A stretch of 61,357 nt of DNA, the filler included, from Sphacelaria rigidula (Eukaryota), in the NCBI GenBank assembly GCA_964200075.2. It is 7 parts of 7 records of this genome, joined end to end, with 100 filler letters (N's around TTAATTAATTAA, not from the genome) between each part and the next. Parts side by side here need not be neighbours in the genome. Positions count along the whole stretch, not along the records: positions 35,122 to 43,800 come from CAXNAA020010403.1; positions 43,901 to 52,579 come from CAXNAA020010404.1; 5 more parts are not named here. One strand, written 5' to 3'. Positions 38,027-50,938 of this stretch are shown one piece after another. The notes beneath the pieces are model-generated. The model ran no database searches. It was not told where the DNA came from and saw only the letters and a program-made list of their open reading frames with translations. How positions within the stretch are numbered: position 1 is the stretch's first letter; the number at the start of each line of letters is the position of its first letter. Position numbers and translations under genes: made by a program.

Positions 38027-39599
38027 TACGTCTAGTACCAGAGATTACATGCTGAAAATTTGATAGATTGGGCGTGCGTGGGTTAACGTCACGAAGATAT
38101 CCAAGTCAGTGGTGGTTTTGCGGTTTTCACATTTTTTTCACGATTTTTCGCGATTCCCGGGTCTGTTATGCTTTGCTGGGAAAGAAAGCGAAAAATGACC
38201 GTATTCTGACCGACCCACTTTTTCTCGGTCGCGACGCTGCACGGGTCAAGCACCCACGTTGCAGAAAGAGTATTGTTTTTAGCTCAAAACACACCAACGG
38301 ATTCAACCAAAAAATCGAAAATCAAATCGGACGTCGTTAAGGGCTCATACAAACGTAGCGGCACAGACTTATGGGACAGAGGAAGTAGAGGTTTTGTAGA
38401 GATCGTAGCGGGTGATACCGTATATAGTTTACGGTGACGGAAGTCTTAAGCTGCGTATGTATGCATCTCTCTTTCGTTTTCGTTCTGTTTGTGGACGCGT
38501 CCGCACGCATTCGCACGTCGCCAATCTTACGTGTCGTTGAACAAAATTGCCCGCCTTGAAAAACACCGCCCACGCTCACTAAGAGCAAATCGAAACTGTA
38601 CATCACTGATTGATTTCATTTTGTTTGAAATGGCCCGCCCATGATAAAAGTTGAACCAGGTCCAGCTATTGTAATCGACAAAATGAATACACCGACTCAA
38701 CGCTGGCCATCGAATACTTGCCAAAAAAACATACGACATCTCAGTGTGAGTTTTGCTATAGATGTTTTTATAGCTGCTAGGTAAATACATGACCACATGG
38801 AATAATCCTTTGGTGGGATTGAGAGTAGAGGATACGATTGAGACTGAAAAGCGGTCAATTAGTGAATGAATCATTTCAGTTCCGAAATGCCCCTTCGCGA
38901 GGTCTGACATTCTTTCTGTAGTAGCTTGGCACTGAGGCCCATGTCATCCCTGAGTAGGATATCGACGTGTAGCTGTAAGCACACGGCAGTGATAGAGGCA
39001 AAGAACAGCACACACGGAACGAAGAATGGCCAAGTTGACGGGGATGATCGAAGCCACTCTCAATCCACGCTCTACTCTCAATCTCACGAAAACGTTGTTA
39101 TAGATGGTGGGCCGTGTTTCACTCCAGCAAATTCCCGAGTGCTTTGTGATCCTCGATCTCGACCATATGGTCATTGGGACTACTTAATGTACTCAGGAAC
39201 ATGCAATACTCTTCACCTCGCCTGCGTACAAATTGGGAGGCAGCCATGGCTATAGCGAAGACCTCTTAAGTCTTCGTGTATACAGAGCGGTTACGTTTCT
39301 CGTGACAGCATATATACGTCTGGGCTTGCTTATAATTTTTCAAGTCGACATTACGAAGTAAAGAGTTGAAGCCTGGTGATAGTTCTGCTGACAGTGCCAT
39401 GTGTTCCGTGGTGAAACCAGCCGGCACTCTTTCCTTCCCAGTGCATGATTCAGCCCACCATGTATATCTACTATGGTAATCAGCATCATCAGAAGTTTTC
39501 AGAATCCGTAGTTGTTGTAATTTTTGAGTTTTTCTCGAGTACTATTTTTTATCACTACTTGAAGGTGCTAGCGCCGGTAGATTTAGGGGGAATGCGTAG

Positions 39600-40390
39600 G
39601 CCGCGCTCAAACTGCAGTGCCCAAGTTGATGTTCTGGGGCGATACGGACTAGGTACCCCGTTCATCAGGAGGGTGTCATGGACCTTTTTTGGTCCAATGA
39701 AAGCCGATATCCCGCTCTTCTGCAATGAAACGGTAAATATTCAGATGAATAAATATGTATACAATTCTTCAAAATAACGATCGAGTTCGTGTTTCCCTCC
39801 TATACTGCATGGACCTCAGTCTAGCATTTTCTGCGGATGACCTCTTTTCGTTTTTTTTTCGCATAATATTTTCCATGAGCACTCGAAAGTGCTAGCATCG
39901 ATAGTATTGGTAAAATAAACAGACCGTGCCTAAATCGCAATGCCCAAGTTGGTGTTGTGGGGGCGATACGGAGTAAAAACTCCGTCTATTCTTGAGGGTG
40001 TTATTGACCGTGAGTGGTCCAAGAAACATGGTTTTCCGGCTTCAGCGCAGTGAATAGGTGCAATTTCCAAAAAATAATCCTTTTTTGAGTCTTTACTTAT
40101 ATGATCGGGATCAAGTCGGTCCGCCGAAAACACCGAAAAGCGCAGACCTGGGGTTGCACTTTCGTAGGACCCCCGAAAATCGGTCAAGCCCGCGAGTCAC
40201 TCGATATCGATCGCAGGTATTTTTTCTTTTAGCATCTGTCAAGAGGATTGAAGTATCTCCAGACGCCCATTTTTTGGCATACAACAGTCACTGTGATGAG
40301 CGGTGGCAAGCTAAACAAATTTGGAAAATCATTGAGAAACTAAGAAATCACGAATTCTGCACACTTTTGGCGCTGACAACTGTAAGTAGG
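39600..40390 (+). repeat. Interspersed repeat with internal ~325-bp-spaced duplication; inverted copy in RPL8 intron 2 (47930-48320)
   Basis: GACCTCAGTCTAGC...CCATGAGCACTCGAAAGTGCT and CAACAGTCAC.GTGATGAGCGG blocks occur in both places. 39617-39683 resembles 39940-40009. Confidence 0.75.
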
Positions 40391-41399
40391 TTCTTTCAAA
40401 TACCTCGATCGAGAAGTAAACATGTTGTCCTTGTTCGAGCACGAGCACGACCACAGGCTTTGCTCGAGTCGTGCTTGAAAGCCGGCCTTCACCATGTGTA
40501 CAAAACACACCCAAATGACTTCGAGCGATGGGAGATGTCAAATGTATGACAAGATACGAATAAGCAAGCCTTCACTCACTGTCAAAGCTCGCTCGTAGGG
40601 ACTCGGTTAGCCCCAAGAGAAAATAGAACGCCCCCAAAGCAATCGCGATTAGCTACGAGGCTAAATTGGCGCCAATCCAACAGGAAAGCGACCAAAAACC
40701 AAGTGGGGACCAGGGCGGTCACACACTTGCCTATAACCTCGACTCCCTACGATCTTCGTCGGTACTACTGCTACCGACGGGAGCCAGAACCGAAGCAGAA
40801 GAGTAAGATGCATGAAAAGATCTAGCGTACTCCTGATCCGTAATGTCGTTCATCACACCCGCCCAACACACAGCAGCAGTTTCCTCCTGCGGAATAATTC
40901 CGAAACCGCCCACAAGCCCTTTTCACTCCATTCCACAGGCACTGTAGACTCCGGGCGACATTGTTACCTTGATTCGGTACATGATTGCAGTGGAGAAAAT
41001 GCATAGCAGGCGTTTATAGGCTGGATGATGGATAACGGGTCTGAGCAGTATGATCAGTGGACTCCGTGATATATGTTTACATATGAGGTGCGCAGGTCAC
41101 TTCCGATAACGAAGACTGCGTGTTTGTGAACAACAACTATCTTGAAGTCTCTAAGCCCTAGTGTGGGAGGAAGCCCTTGGAGCAGTCTTGTGACCTTGTT
41201 CTGAGTCCAGGAGGTTTCAAGTCATCATCTTTGATAAACGTTTATTCAGGGAACCCGCTGGTTTCTGGCAAAGGTTTTTTTCAGCTGCGGACAGTCTCTG
41301 AAAAAACGATTTTTGTATTGTACACAGACAGGTGTGCAGCCTGTAACGCGTTGCAGCTCGTTGCAGCTCGTTGAACAGAGGGACGGCTACGTTGGCTGG

Positions 41400-43771
41400 A
41401 GGTATTGCGTGCAGCTAAGGAAGAATGGCAGCGCGCAGGAAAGGAGGTGGGAGCGATGCAGGCGATGAGGTGACGTTTAAACTTACTAAGCTTATGCCAG
41501 GTGGATCGCTAAAAGCACGGGAGTACGGACGACATTTCAGTGAAGATGCCTCCAGACGGTTTTAAAAGAAATATAGGGATTACGAAGAGAGCGTGCAACT
41601 AAGCAATCAGGGGAGGATAGTACAGGCCACTTTATTGACCGTGACAGAACTCGTGCCGCAGCACATTCGCGCGTGTTTATCACGTACAAAAGTTGACGGA
41701 TCGGTACTCGATGATTAACATCTAAAGGAGGCACTAGGCCGACATGAAAAATGTTGGATTGATACAGAGATCGATTCTTCAGTTCCTGCGGCGGGTGTGC
41801 GGAAGGCGTTGGCCGCTTGCAACGAGCCGACTGCCATGGGTGGAACCAAGGGACAGTGGGGGGCCCTCGAGGAGTTTTTTTTAACCGAGAACGCGAGCAT
41901 CGAGCGCGCGTTCCGCGAGGACGAGACTTTCAAAGCAGGACCCGCTCAAATAATTACGCGGGAATCGCTCGCCGGCATGCCCCCCCCTGTATTCAAGACA
42001 AAAGTGCTCAACATGCTTCACATGAAGTGGGGGTGGAAAGAGCACCCTGGGCTAGTGTATGATACAGCTCGGGAAGCAGCAGAGGCATGGAAGACGGTAG
42101 AAGCGGCTGATAAACAGCGCCGTCACCAGTCGCAGCTGAAACGGAAGAGCGGCAGCGGAACCTTCGGGCCCAAACGTGAACCGAATGGTGGAAAAACGGC
42201 GACCACTGGCAGTGAGACTGCCAGCTCTGGGAAATCTGGGAAAATCGGGCCCAAACTGTGCAGGTTGTTTCTTATGTGGAGACAAGGGCCACTTCGTGAA
42301 GGATTGTAAGCAGCAAAGCCAAGCTGCTGCTCCACAATATTCTGCAGGTGCACAGTAGAAGGCCAGCGACACGCAGCAACAACAGCAGCAGCTGTCGCAG
42401 GGCCCTGGACAGGTGCCTCGTGGAGGGGGCAAGAGTCCTGCCGCTACAAGGGCTGTATTTTCAACCGATGGAGGGGGTGCTCCCAGCAGTGGAGCGATGC
42501 CACCACCAGAACCGGTCGTTTCTACTGGTGGCATAAGGCAGACCGTATCGGGGGAAACACGGGAAACAGGCCCGCGCTGGACCTCTGAAGCGATGTCGTC
42601 GTGGAGATTGCTTAAACCGGGTGAGGTATCAGGTTTTCAATCTGAGGGTATACGCGTAGAAAAAGAGGAACGATGGTGTCTCGTCGACTTGTCTGTACCG
42701 AGTGCAGGGGCACAGATTGCTTGTCCGGTCAAGGTCATTTTAAACTCGGGATCTGGAATTACGACCATGTCAGCGGGTGTAGCGGCGAAATTACAAGCTA
42801 TGGTTCCAGATGTTCGAATGGTCACACAGATGGTTGGTGAACAGCTGGTGAAACTGGCTACCGGCAACGTTGAGCGCGTGAAGCAGAAAATTTGCCCTGT
42901 CCAGACCGCTCTACACACCAACTGGGGACTGGTTGTGCTGGACCCATGTTCATATGCGGTCATGCCGGGTACAGATGATGTGATAATCATGGAGAGCCCA
43001 ACGCTGGAGGCGCTGGGCATTGACGTGTACAGTAGCTTAGGTGATTGTGCGCGTGCAAGAAACACTTCGGTGCGAGGTGTAAACACGCCTGATTTTACGG
43101 ACTGTTGGCGTGTCAGTATCGCGGTTGATGTTTTACAGCAACCAGGAGGTCGGGCGGAGCCCGCCGCTACTTCCTCAGTCGAGCGGTTGTTCTCGAGAAG
43201 TCCGGCGATGAGCATATCCCCGGAACAAGAGCTTGCTGAGTTTGATGTTTCGCCGGATGAGGCAGTGCAAGCCGGCGCGGATAACGGCATATCGAAAAGC
43301 GACGCGAGCCAAATTCGTGAGCCTGTGCGGAACAGAGCGAGCATTTTTAGGCGAGTGCTGCATGCTTATCCGCCTGCTTGCGTCGAGCCCTTGGAGTTGA
43401 AATTTAAACCTGTTGCTGTGGAGGCAAAGGCTCGGCCGAAGACGTACTTTCCGCCCAGGATGGCGTGGTTCGCACGCTGCATCGCAACAATGGTGGCGCT
43501 CGGGCTCGTGTACTGCAGCTTGCAGGTAGTGTGGGTGAGAGCGGCGATTGCAACACCCGCGAAGTCCTGTTTTCGCTGGATGAGTGAATACAAGGCGGGG
43601 GAGGAAGTTCCCCGTCCCCACAAGGGGGTGGTGCATGGTGCTCGCCCAGGGAAGGTGCTTCATTTCAATTTTCTCAGTGTTGGCGAGGGTGGTCCGCTTG
43701 GAGATAATGGTTTCGACGAAGGACATCCGTTCAAGTACATATTAACAGCCGATTCTCGAAAATGGGGTTGA
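41400..43771 (+). mobile_element. Ty3/gypsy LTR-retrotransposon relic: gag (CCHC knuckle), protease, RT N-terminus fused to integrase core
   Basis: CFLCGDKGHFVKDC at 42266-42307; protease-like VILNSGSGIT at ~42734; RT-start-like KARPKTYFPP...FRWMSEYK; integrase-like VPRP...RPGKVLHFNFL...KYIL. The 5' boundary is approximate. Confidence 0.85.
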
Positions 43772-43800
43772 AAAGAAAAATAGGTTCAACTCAAAAGCCG

Positions 43801-43900
43801 NNNNNNNNNNNNNNNNNNNNNNNNNNNNNNNNNNNNNNNNNNNNTTAATTAATTAANNNNNNNNNNNNNNNNNNNNNNNNNNNNNNNNNNNNNNNNNNNN
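43801..43900. other. Artificial contig linker
   Basis: N44-TTAATTAATTAA-N44. Confidence 0.99.
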
Positions 43901-44979
43901 ATTTGCGCGTTCGTGGAGGGCGTGGGCTTGAAACGTGCAAGTCCTAACTACTTGGTTTTAGTATGGAAACGTCTTTTGGGGTGAATTTGACGTCAAGGCA
44001 AGAAAAACTGTATGAGGTTTTCGAGTTTCTCCACCAAACGTTGTACATGTATTCCTTGGACTCTCCCGGCACGCATCATTTCATTTTTTTCTTTTTGGTA
44101 ATTCTGTACCGCCTTCCGGGGGTCTTCATGCTGGGACCCCCGGAAGCCAGTAGAGAACGGAGAAAACATTATGTATTGTCAAGAATACAATTTTCCCATT
44201 GTGAGCATCAATACCTACGGAACTGCCGAGTTTGAGGGCGATCTGAGCTTTTCTACACCAGACATAGGGGACACCGTCACGAGGCTCCCTGGGTCTTTCG
44301 TGTGTATCACTAGTGGAAATTAGACGACGCCGACACCCGCCATCACCGAAACATCACGGTTTCGGGTATAATTCGACCCCCGTAGTAACCGTTTAAAAAA
44401 AATGATTTTCTCGTGAGATTCCCGAGTCGATGACGGCTACTACAATTTGAAGCATGTAGAGATTGGGTGAAAATTGGGCTTGGCTTTCGTAATGTCGATA
44501 TCGGAACAGTTTGAAGGGCGCTGATTGGCTGGGACACATTTTCGTCTATAGCGCCACCGCTACGGCCTTGAACAAAACTCCGGCAAAGTCACCCTCTTTG
44601 TCTCTTCATTGCGGTCAGTACGATACCATATATACGACTTTTGGGTGCGTATTGCGGAAGACATTTGCTGATGACACAATTTTGGGTGATCACCGTGAAC
44701 CAGCCTGTACTACATTTCTGGGAAGCTGGACTCGACAGTGAAACCGCTGCGTTCCGTTTTCGGTGTCCCTCACTGGAGTGTTGCGTTCGGCGATTCCGCA
44801 CGGGTTATTGCTGGAATAGGGTCCTTGGCGGGTCGTACGTCCTCCTCCGAAACATGAAATACTGAGCATATGATCTAGTACACTTCATCTACTAATCGTG
44901 TACCCAGGCAGCTTGTTCGTTCCACATCAAATTGTTCATCACAAACAGCCCGCAAAAACTCCCATGGAATGAGGCCTCT

Positions 44980-45282
44980 TCACCAACTGGTCGGAAAAAA
45001 TGGTTGACGCGAATAATGAAGTGCGTCCTACATACTTCGAATGCTAACCCTGACCACGACGAAGACATACCGAGCACCCTCGGGTGAGAGGGGTGCAAAG
45101 TGCCCCTTAGGCACAGTGTGCGTTCCCAGAGCTTGGATAGATGCATATCAGCCGCTTTTGGAATAAGCGTTTTGGACAAGCTGGGTCTACTGCTCACCCG
45201 TATCTGTTGGTATCATCCATCGCCCCGTCCAACACTTAAACGAGTGTTTGAATTTCAACCATTTTTTCCGACCGGTTGGTGA
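44980..45282. mobile_element. MITE-like element with 28-bp terminal inverted repeats
   Basis: TCACCAACTGGTCGGAAAAAATGGTTGA (44980-45007) versus TCAACCATTTTTTCCGACCGGTTGGTGA (45255-45282), 1 mismatch. Confidence 0.75.
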
Positions 45283-46451
45283 CGTCTGCTGCATGGAAAC
45301 TTGTTCGTGTCCTCCGCGAGAGACGAAGACGTTGCTACTCCTGCCAAGTCCTCGAGTGAGTTCAGGTGCAGGAAAAGCCGGAAAAATGTTTTGGAAACCC
45401 CTCCAGGTATGTAGGTTAAAAACGTCCCAGGGTAGCACAATTCCGTCAAGAGTCGATGTTCGGCAAAATTCGATGCCTCATCGCTCGACAGGAGTCTCAT
45501 GAACATGACTGTGCCAACGTCTTACAACTTTATGTTCGTTCAGGTTCACTGCGTGGGGGTTTCAATAAAGGTCGTATGCAAGTACGTGAATGAAAGTCTT
45601 TTTCCCAAGACTTGTTTTGTCCAACAAAACGTGCACCATGACGTGTTGAGAACGTGAGGTGAAATAAACGTGGTAAAACCTGGTATCAAAAGGGTTCGAC
45701 ACTCGAGTCGCCCAGGAGACAGTACTCTGTGGACGTACATATTCGGAGCAGGACAAACAGTACAAGAGCGTGGTGCAGGATGACCAACTTCCGTGCATCA
45801 CGTCTATCGGTATTTCTCCTCGCGTAAACCCCCTCATGGACAAGATAAGGACCTTGACCTTAATTACTCCGTCAGCTTCGTGCAACGGTGACGCGGCGAC
45901 CCAGAAACGGGTTTCGAGACGGACGGAAACGATTGGTTCCCCCGTCAATCAACGTCGTGAGACTGACTCAGCACGAACTCGTCGTCAAAAAGTGGCACAC
46001 CACAGCGTGGAGCTATGCGATGTTGGTGGGATCCACTGCTGCGAGCTCTCCAGGGAACAAGCACATCGAGCATTCAGAAATGATTTGGAAATGTTTTAAT
46101 AAACTGTAGGTGTGCTTCCGACTTTCAAGCCAAACGAAGGCAACAAGAAGCTTCCCCCCCGTGGCTAGCGAGAAGAGAAAAACTTCCAAAACCCCGCCAT
46201 ACTTGAGTTTACCCAGCAAACCAGAGCCAAAAAGAGACGAGACGTAACGCTCTTCGCTTCCTCCTCCAATACTTGACCGTGATTCATCCCCGTTTCCCCA
46301 CAACCACGGCAAAGATATTCGAGTCATGAGTCCATCGTACGGCTACCGATCCCCACCGGCAGGAACGTTATGGAGAAACAGAACCAACTCCTGCTTTTGG
46401 AACATGAGCAAAAAAACGGAGATATCACATCTCCTCTTTCGAGGCACTCGT

Positions 46452-49400
46452 TTACTCCTTCTCAGTCCGGATACCCCTCAGGCGGCCGGTGCGGCGGGCA
46501 GCGATAAGTCCGACCTTTTGACCAGCCGAAGCGAGGCGGTTCGCCGTGGACGGGTGCCCGATGTGCTGGTGGTTACCACCACCGAAGGGGTGCTCCACGG
46601 GGTTCATTGCCACACCACGCACATGAGGCCACTCGTTGCGCTTGACGCGGAACCTTATTATTTGCAGACACGGGAAAAAACATGTGTGGGAAAGGAGACG
46701 ATGTGAAATCATCCGTGCATAATTTTGTAGCTTTTCGGTACCGTGATCGGACAAATGCCGTGCGATATGTGAAAAAAATATTCTGAACTTAATGGGGTTC
46801 ATGTTGAGAGTTGATCGTGCAATGCTCAGCACTCTTCTACAGGATCTTCATCTTGCCATACGTGAGTCACATGCACGCCGATTATTTTATTTCATCTTAC
46901 ACGAAGCAGGAGGAATACTCCATCCGAGGGTGCCACGACGATTGTATAAGGAAGTGGTTCAAATGCCTGGGGTGGGTAGAGGAAGCGGGCTCCCCGGATT
47001 AGTACTCCGGGGAGCCTTTAGGCCACCGAGGTTTGGTGCCGGGTCCGGGCAGTCACATGTTGGATAGGTTTCGTGGCTTCACTGACATCGATATGTACAA
47101 ATATATCTTCCGTCGAACATGTCCAGGGCTAATTACTCAGACGCCGTCGGGGGCTCGGGTATTCCAAGTCAGCAAATTGCATGAGCGCTGACCCGATAGT
47201 GTATTCGAGAATAGTTCCTGTTTCGCATATTTTTGGCGTGGATCACGAAAAGCCTGGGGATTATTCATCTCCCACGGAATCAACCACGACATACCCACGT
47301 CTCGAGACGCGCTTTTTTTGAAACTGATGACTCCTGGAGAGCAAGTTTCAAGTATACCACAAGACAAACCCATGCACATGATATACGAGGCACCCGAACT
47401 GACCTAAACAAAGTCAACCCAACTACGATACTAGACAAGCGCTGTTACACCCGCACAAGCTCGGGGAGCCCTCCGGCCCATACACGATGACAAACTTGTG
47501 AAAGTGTAAACCCTGCCCCGAAGGCGGGAGAGATGCACGAAGGACTCACTTGTGGTACGCGCGTCCAGCCTTGAGCATGGGCTTGTCAGTCCTCCCACCA
47601 CCCGCAACGATGCCGACCATGGCGCGGCAGTCGGAGCTCAAAGTCTTCTTGGATCCAGACGGGAGACGGATCTTGGAAGTGCCCTTGTCCTCGTCGTGCG
47701 AGATGATGACCGCGTAGTCACCCGAGCAACGAGCGAAAGTTCCTCGGTCACCCACCTTACGAAGCAAACAACGGGCGTTTTTTTCATCATGAAGTGGGAG
47801 ACGGGAGTCATGAGGCAGATATAGGACTCTTGACTTCCCGGGATAGAGGGGTGAACGCGTAACGGGATGAAGCTTGGGCACGCGATTCAACTGATTCAAC
47901 GGGAAGTAGCAAAGCTGTGCTTACTCCGTTTTTCACAGTAGTCAGCGTCAGAAGTATGCAGACACCGTAATTTCTTGGATTCACAAAGATTGTCCAAATT
48001 TGTTTTGCTTGCCACCCGCTCATCACGGTGACTGTTGGATACCAAAATATGACCATGAGCACGGTTTGCTTATTTTGCCAAGACTATCCACGCCAGCACT
48101 TTCGAGTGCTCATGGTAAATGTTATGCGAAAAAAAACGCTAGACTGAGGTCTGTGCAGTGTAGGAGGAAAACAACATCTCGATCGTTTTGGTCAAGGATT
48201 TTAAACGTATTAATTCATCTGAATATTCACCATTGCGTCGCAGAGAGCGGGAAAACTGCGTATATATTTACCATAAACGAACAACACCCTCCTCATGAAC
48301 GGGGTATCAAGTTCGTATCGTCCCAAAAGCATCAACGTGAGAACTGCAGTTTGAGCGCGGTGCAACTTTCTCCCAAAATCTACCTGCGCTTGCACTTCCA
48401 AGTAGCAGATAGCTTCGCAATTTTTCGGGAGGCCAGACATTCAGTGATACCGCGCACGGGTGGGGAAATGAGAAGAAGCCCAAATACGGCACGTTACCTT
48501 GGCTTCGATCGAGGACACCACGGTTCCCTCAGGCATGGAGGCCAGGGGAATGATGTTGCCCACCGTCAGAGATGCTGAAGTTTCATCGTATACGCCATCG
48601 GAACCAATTCGAGGCGGACATGGCACACCCGGGCGGAGGGGGGGGGATAGGAAAAGGTGTATGGTTACATATCTGCGAGTAACATCATTTTCGCTCCCTC
48701 GTACCGACAAGACAGAAGCGAAAACTAGGGAAAATAAAAACCTCCCGCCGAAGCCACGGCAGGCACAAATGGACACTACAAGGCCGCCCAGCGTACACAG
48801 CGACACTCCGGGAGGGACATGCCTGCCATGATAGATGGTGCGAAATTGGCTATAATCCAAAACTCAGTCGATGTCGTCAAAAATCACGACTACAGCACGA
48901 CAACGCACAATTACAGTCAGTGCGTACGCAGCTACTCAAGTGAGCGACTACGGTAACGGGACGACTTCTACCGCGCGCGAGTGGCTGTTTTCGGATGCCA
49001 TCCATCAGTTCGAGATGCGAATGACAAACAGGACATCCGTGTCTGATCCATCTCTGATCCACACGCCCCCACACACGGCCGACTATAGTCACGTCATGCA
49101 GTGACGGGGGGCAGTACGACACGAGAGGGTGGATTCCAGATGCCTGCTGCATTGCAGATACTCGAGGTTTTATCGCCGTGCGAAGGATGAAAACTATCCC
49201 ACATGCATGGTGGAGCATAGATCTCTCCAGGCGAAAGGCTGTTATCGGGTACCATCCATCGAAACACAAGCGCCATCATTGTGTATCCGTTCTCGCCTCG
49301 GTGCGAATGCTGCAGGTTGTTATCGGGCACCACCCATCAAAATGTCTTGTTTATTGTGTAGAGAGCCTCATCAGCGACAGCTGGACCATCAGCTCGGCAT

Positions 49401-49737
49401 CACCACCCCCGCCCATACCCCACCAAACATTGCAAAGTAGTCAATATGCACACACACCCTTCTTCCCGCAGTAGATGAACTGCCCAGAGTACATGCCCTC
49501 CACAGCGACGATTAGCTCATTGTCGCGCTTGTACTTGTAGGGGTTTTGGAATTGCACCTTGGCCAGGGGTGCACCCCTCCCAGGCTCGTGGATGATGTCT
49601 TTGATGACACCCTTGATGTACCCGTGGCGCTCCGCGTAGTCTAGCTTACGGAACTTCACGGGGCCTTTCCTAAGGCGGGTGTGGGAGGTGAAGATACCTC
49701 CCTTACCCTTCCTCTGTCCACGGATGACCTTACCCAT
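46452..49737 (-). CDS. RPL8: 60S ribosomal protein L8 (uL2), complete, 254 aa (exons 49458-49737, 48498-48574, 47550-47755, 46452-46653)
   Basis: [11 protein letters not shown]...[12 protein letters not shown]...GNIIPL...RLPSG...[22 protein letters not shown]...[15 protein letters not shown]. Exon phases 1,0,2 are consistent, 765 nt in total. Confidence 0.98.
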
Positions 49738-50596
49738 GGTGCTACAGTATCTGTAACTTGCTGATTGGGATAGTCTCGGTGGCCAAGCCGAGAGCACTGC
49801 CTGGTTGGGGTCAAGCACACAGCCCGCCACAAATCGACAGACTTCGTTTCGGAGCTATATAATTACCCTACCCATAAAACATGGAAAATGGTCAGGGAGA
49901 TTTGACACTGATTCATGCCTTCATTTCAGACCTATATTATACGTGGTATATACCCCCCCCCCCGCCTATATCCTGATGAACTCGGGGAAGCCCGTAATTC
50001 TCACCCGTTTTCTTGGCGTATCTCTTCTTGTTCTTATTTTGGTGGTAATTTGGTTGATTGTTTTCTGCTTTTATAATTAGGCTATAGTCTGGGAAAAAAT
50101 GATATGGACTCTATGATTCCTAATAAGCAGGGACGGTATTGGAAACACGAGACTATGTCTGTGACCGCGGGCTCGAGAGATCGAAGCAATAAATAGGAAT
50201 AATAATAAAGAAATATTGTATCTTTGGCTCAAGCAGCTGCTGTTACATTTTATTGCAGTACAGGTCTTCGGTACTTTTGCGGCGTCTACCAAGGGGGTTG
50301 TTCCTGTACATGTACATGGGTTTGGATATCTGAGTCACGACAGTATACACGCACCTTCAGCTCAGCAGCAGCGCGTAGACAGAGGGATCAGTATACACAA
50401 GAGAGCACGGCTACAACTCTCCTAGTGTTGTTCCCTCGTTTAGGTGCAACAACCTATTTGGACCTGAATAGCACAACAAGGAAATCCTCCGGCTCTACAT
50501 GCACCTGAAGGCTTGAGAGGCGAACTAAACCGCGCATCTGAGAACACCCCCACCCTCTTGTTTGTCGAGACCGCACTACAGTATATTTAGACCACC
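49738..50596. promoter_or_regulatory. Putative bidirectional promoter region between divergent RPL8 and DXS
   Basis: The start codons are separated by 859 bp, head to head. Confidence 0.5.
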
Positions 50597-50938
50597 ATGG
50601 TGAAGACAGCAGTCATCGCCCTCAGCGGCGCAGCCTTTATGGTCACCACGTCGGCCTTCATGGCACCCACCAACACGCGCCCGTCTTTGCCTTCGGCAAC
50701 AACAACACCGAGTTCATTTGTCTCCCGCGCTAGCTCTTCATCCGCAGCAAGGAGGCGAGGGCGGTGGGCGATGAGCACTACTGCTCCATCGGATGTCGAG
50801 GTGGGCGGGGGGGAAAGGTTTTACGGGCCCACGTCCAAGCCATTGCTGGATTCTGTGAATAGCCCTGCCGACATGAAGAGGTTTAGCGTGAGCGAGCTGA
50901 AGCAATTGGCGTATGAGCTTCGGTGGGAGACCTTGGAG
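50597..50938 (+). CDS. DXS: 1-deoxy-D-xylulose-5-phosphate synthase, plastid precursor, exon 1; partial
   Basis: Signal peptide + TSA|FMAP (ASAFAP-type) + Ser/Thr/Arg-rich transit peptide, then PLLDSVNSPADMKRFSVSELKQLAYELR (DXS N-terminus). Donor GAG|gtgggt. Confidence 0.88.

Noticed and set aside
49228..49342. Duplicated ~30-nt motif in RPL8 intron 1 as a possible snoRNA
   Set aside because: A simple local duplication with no paired C/D or H/ACA boxes.
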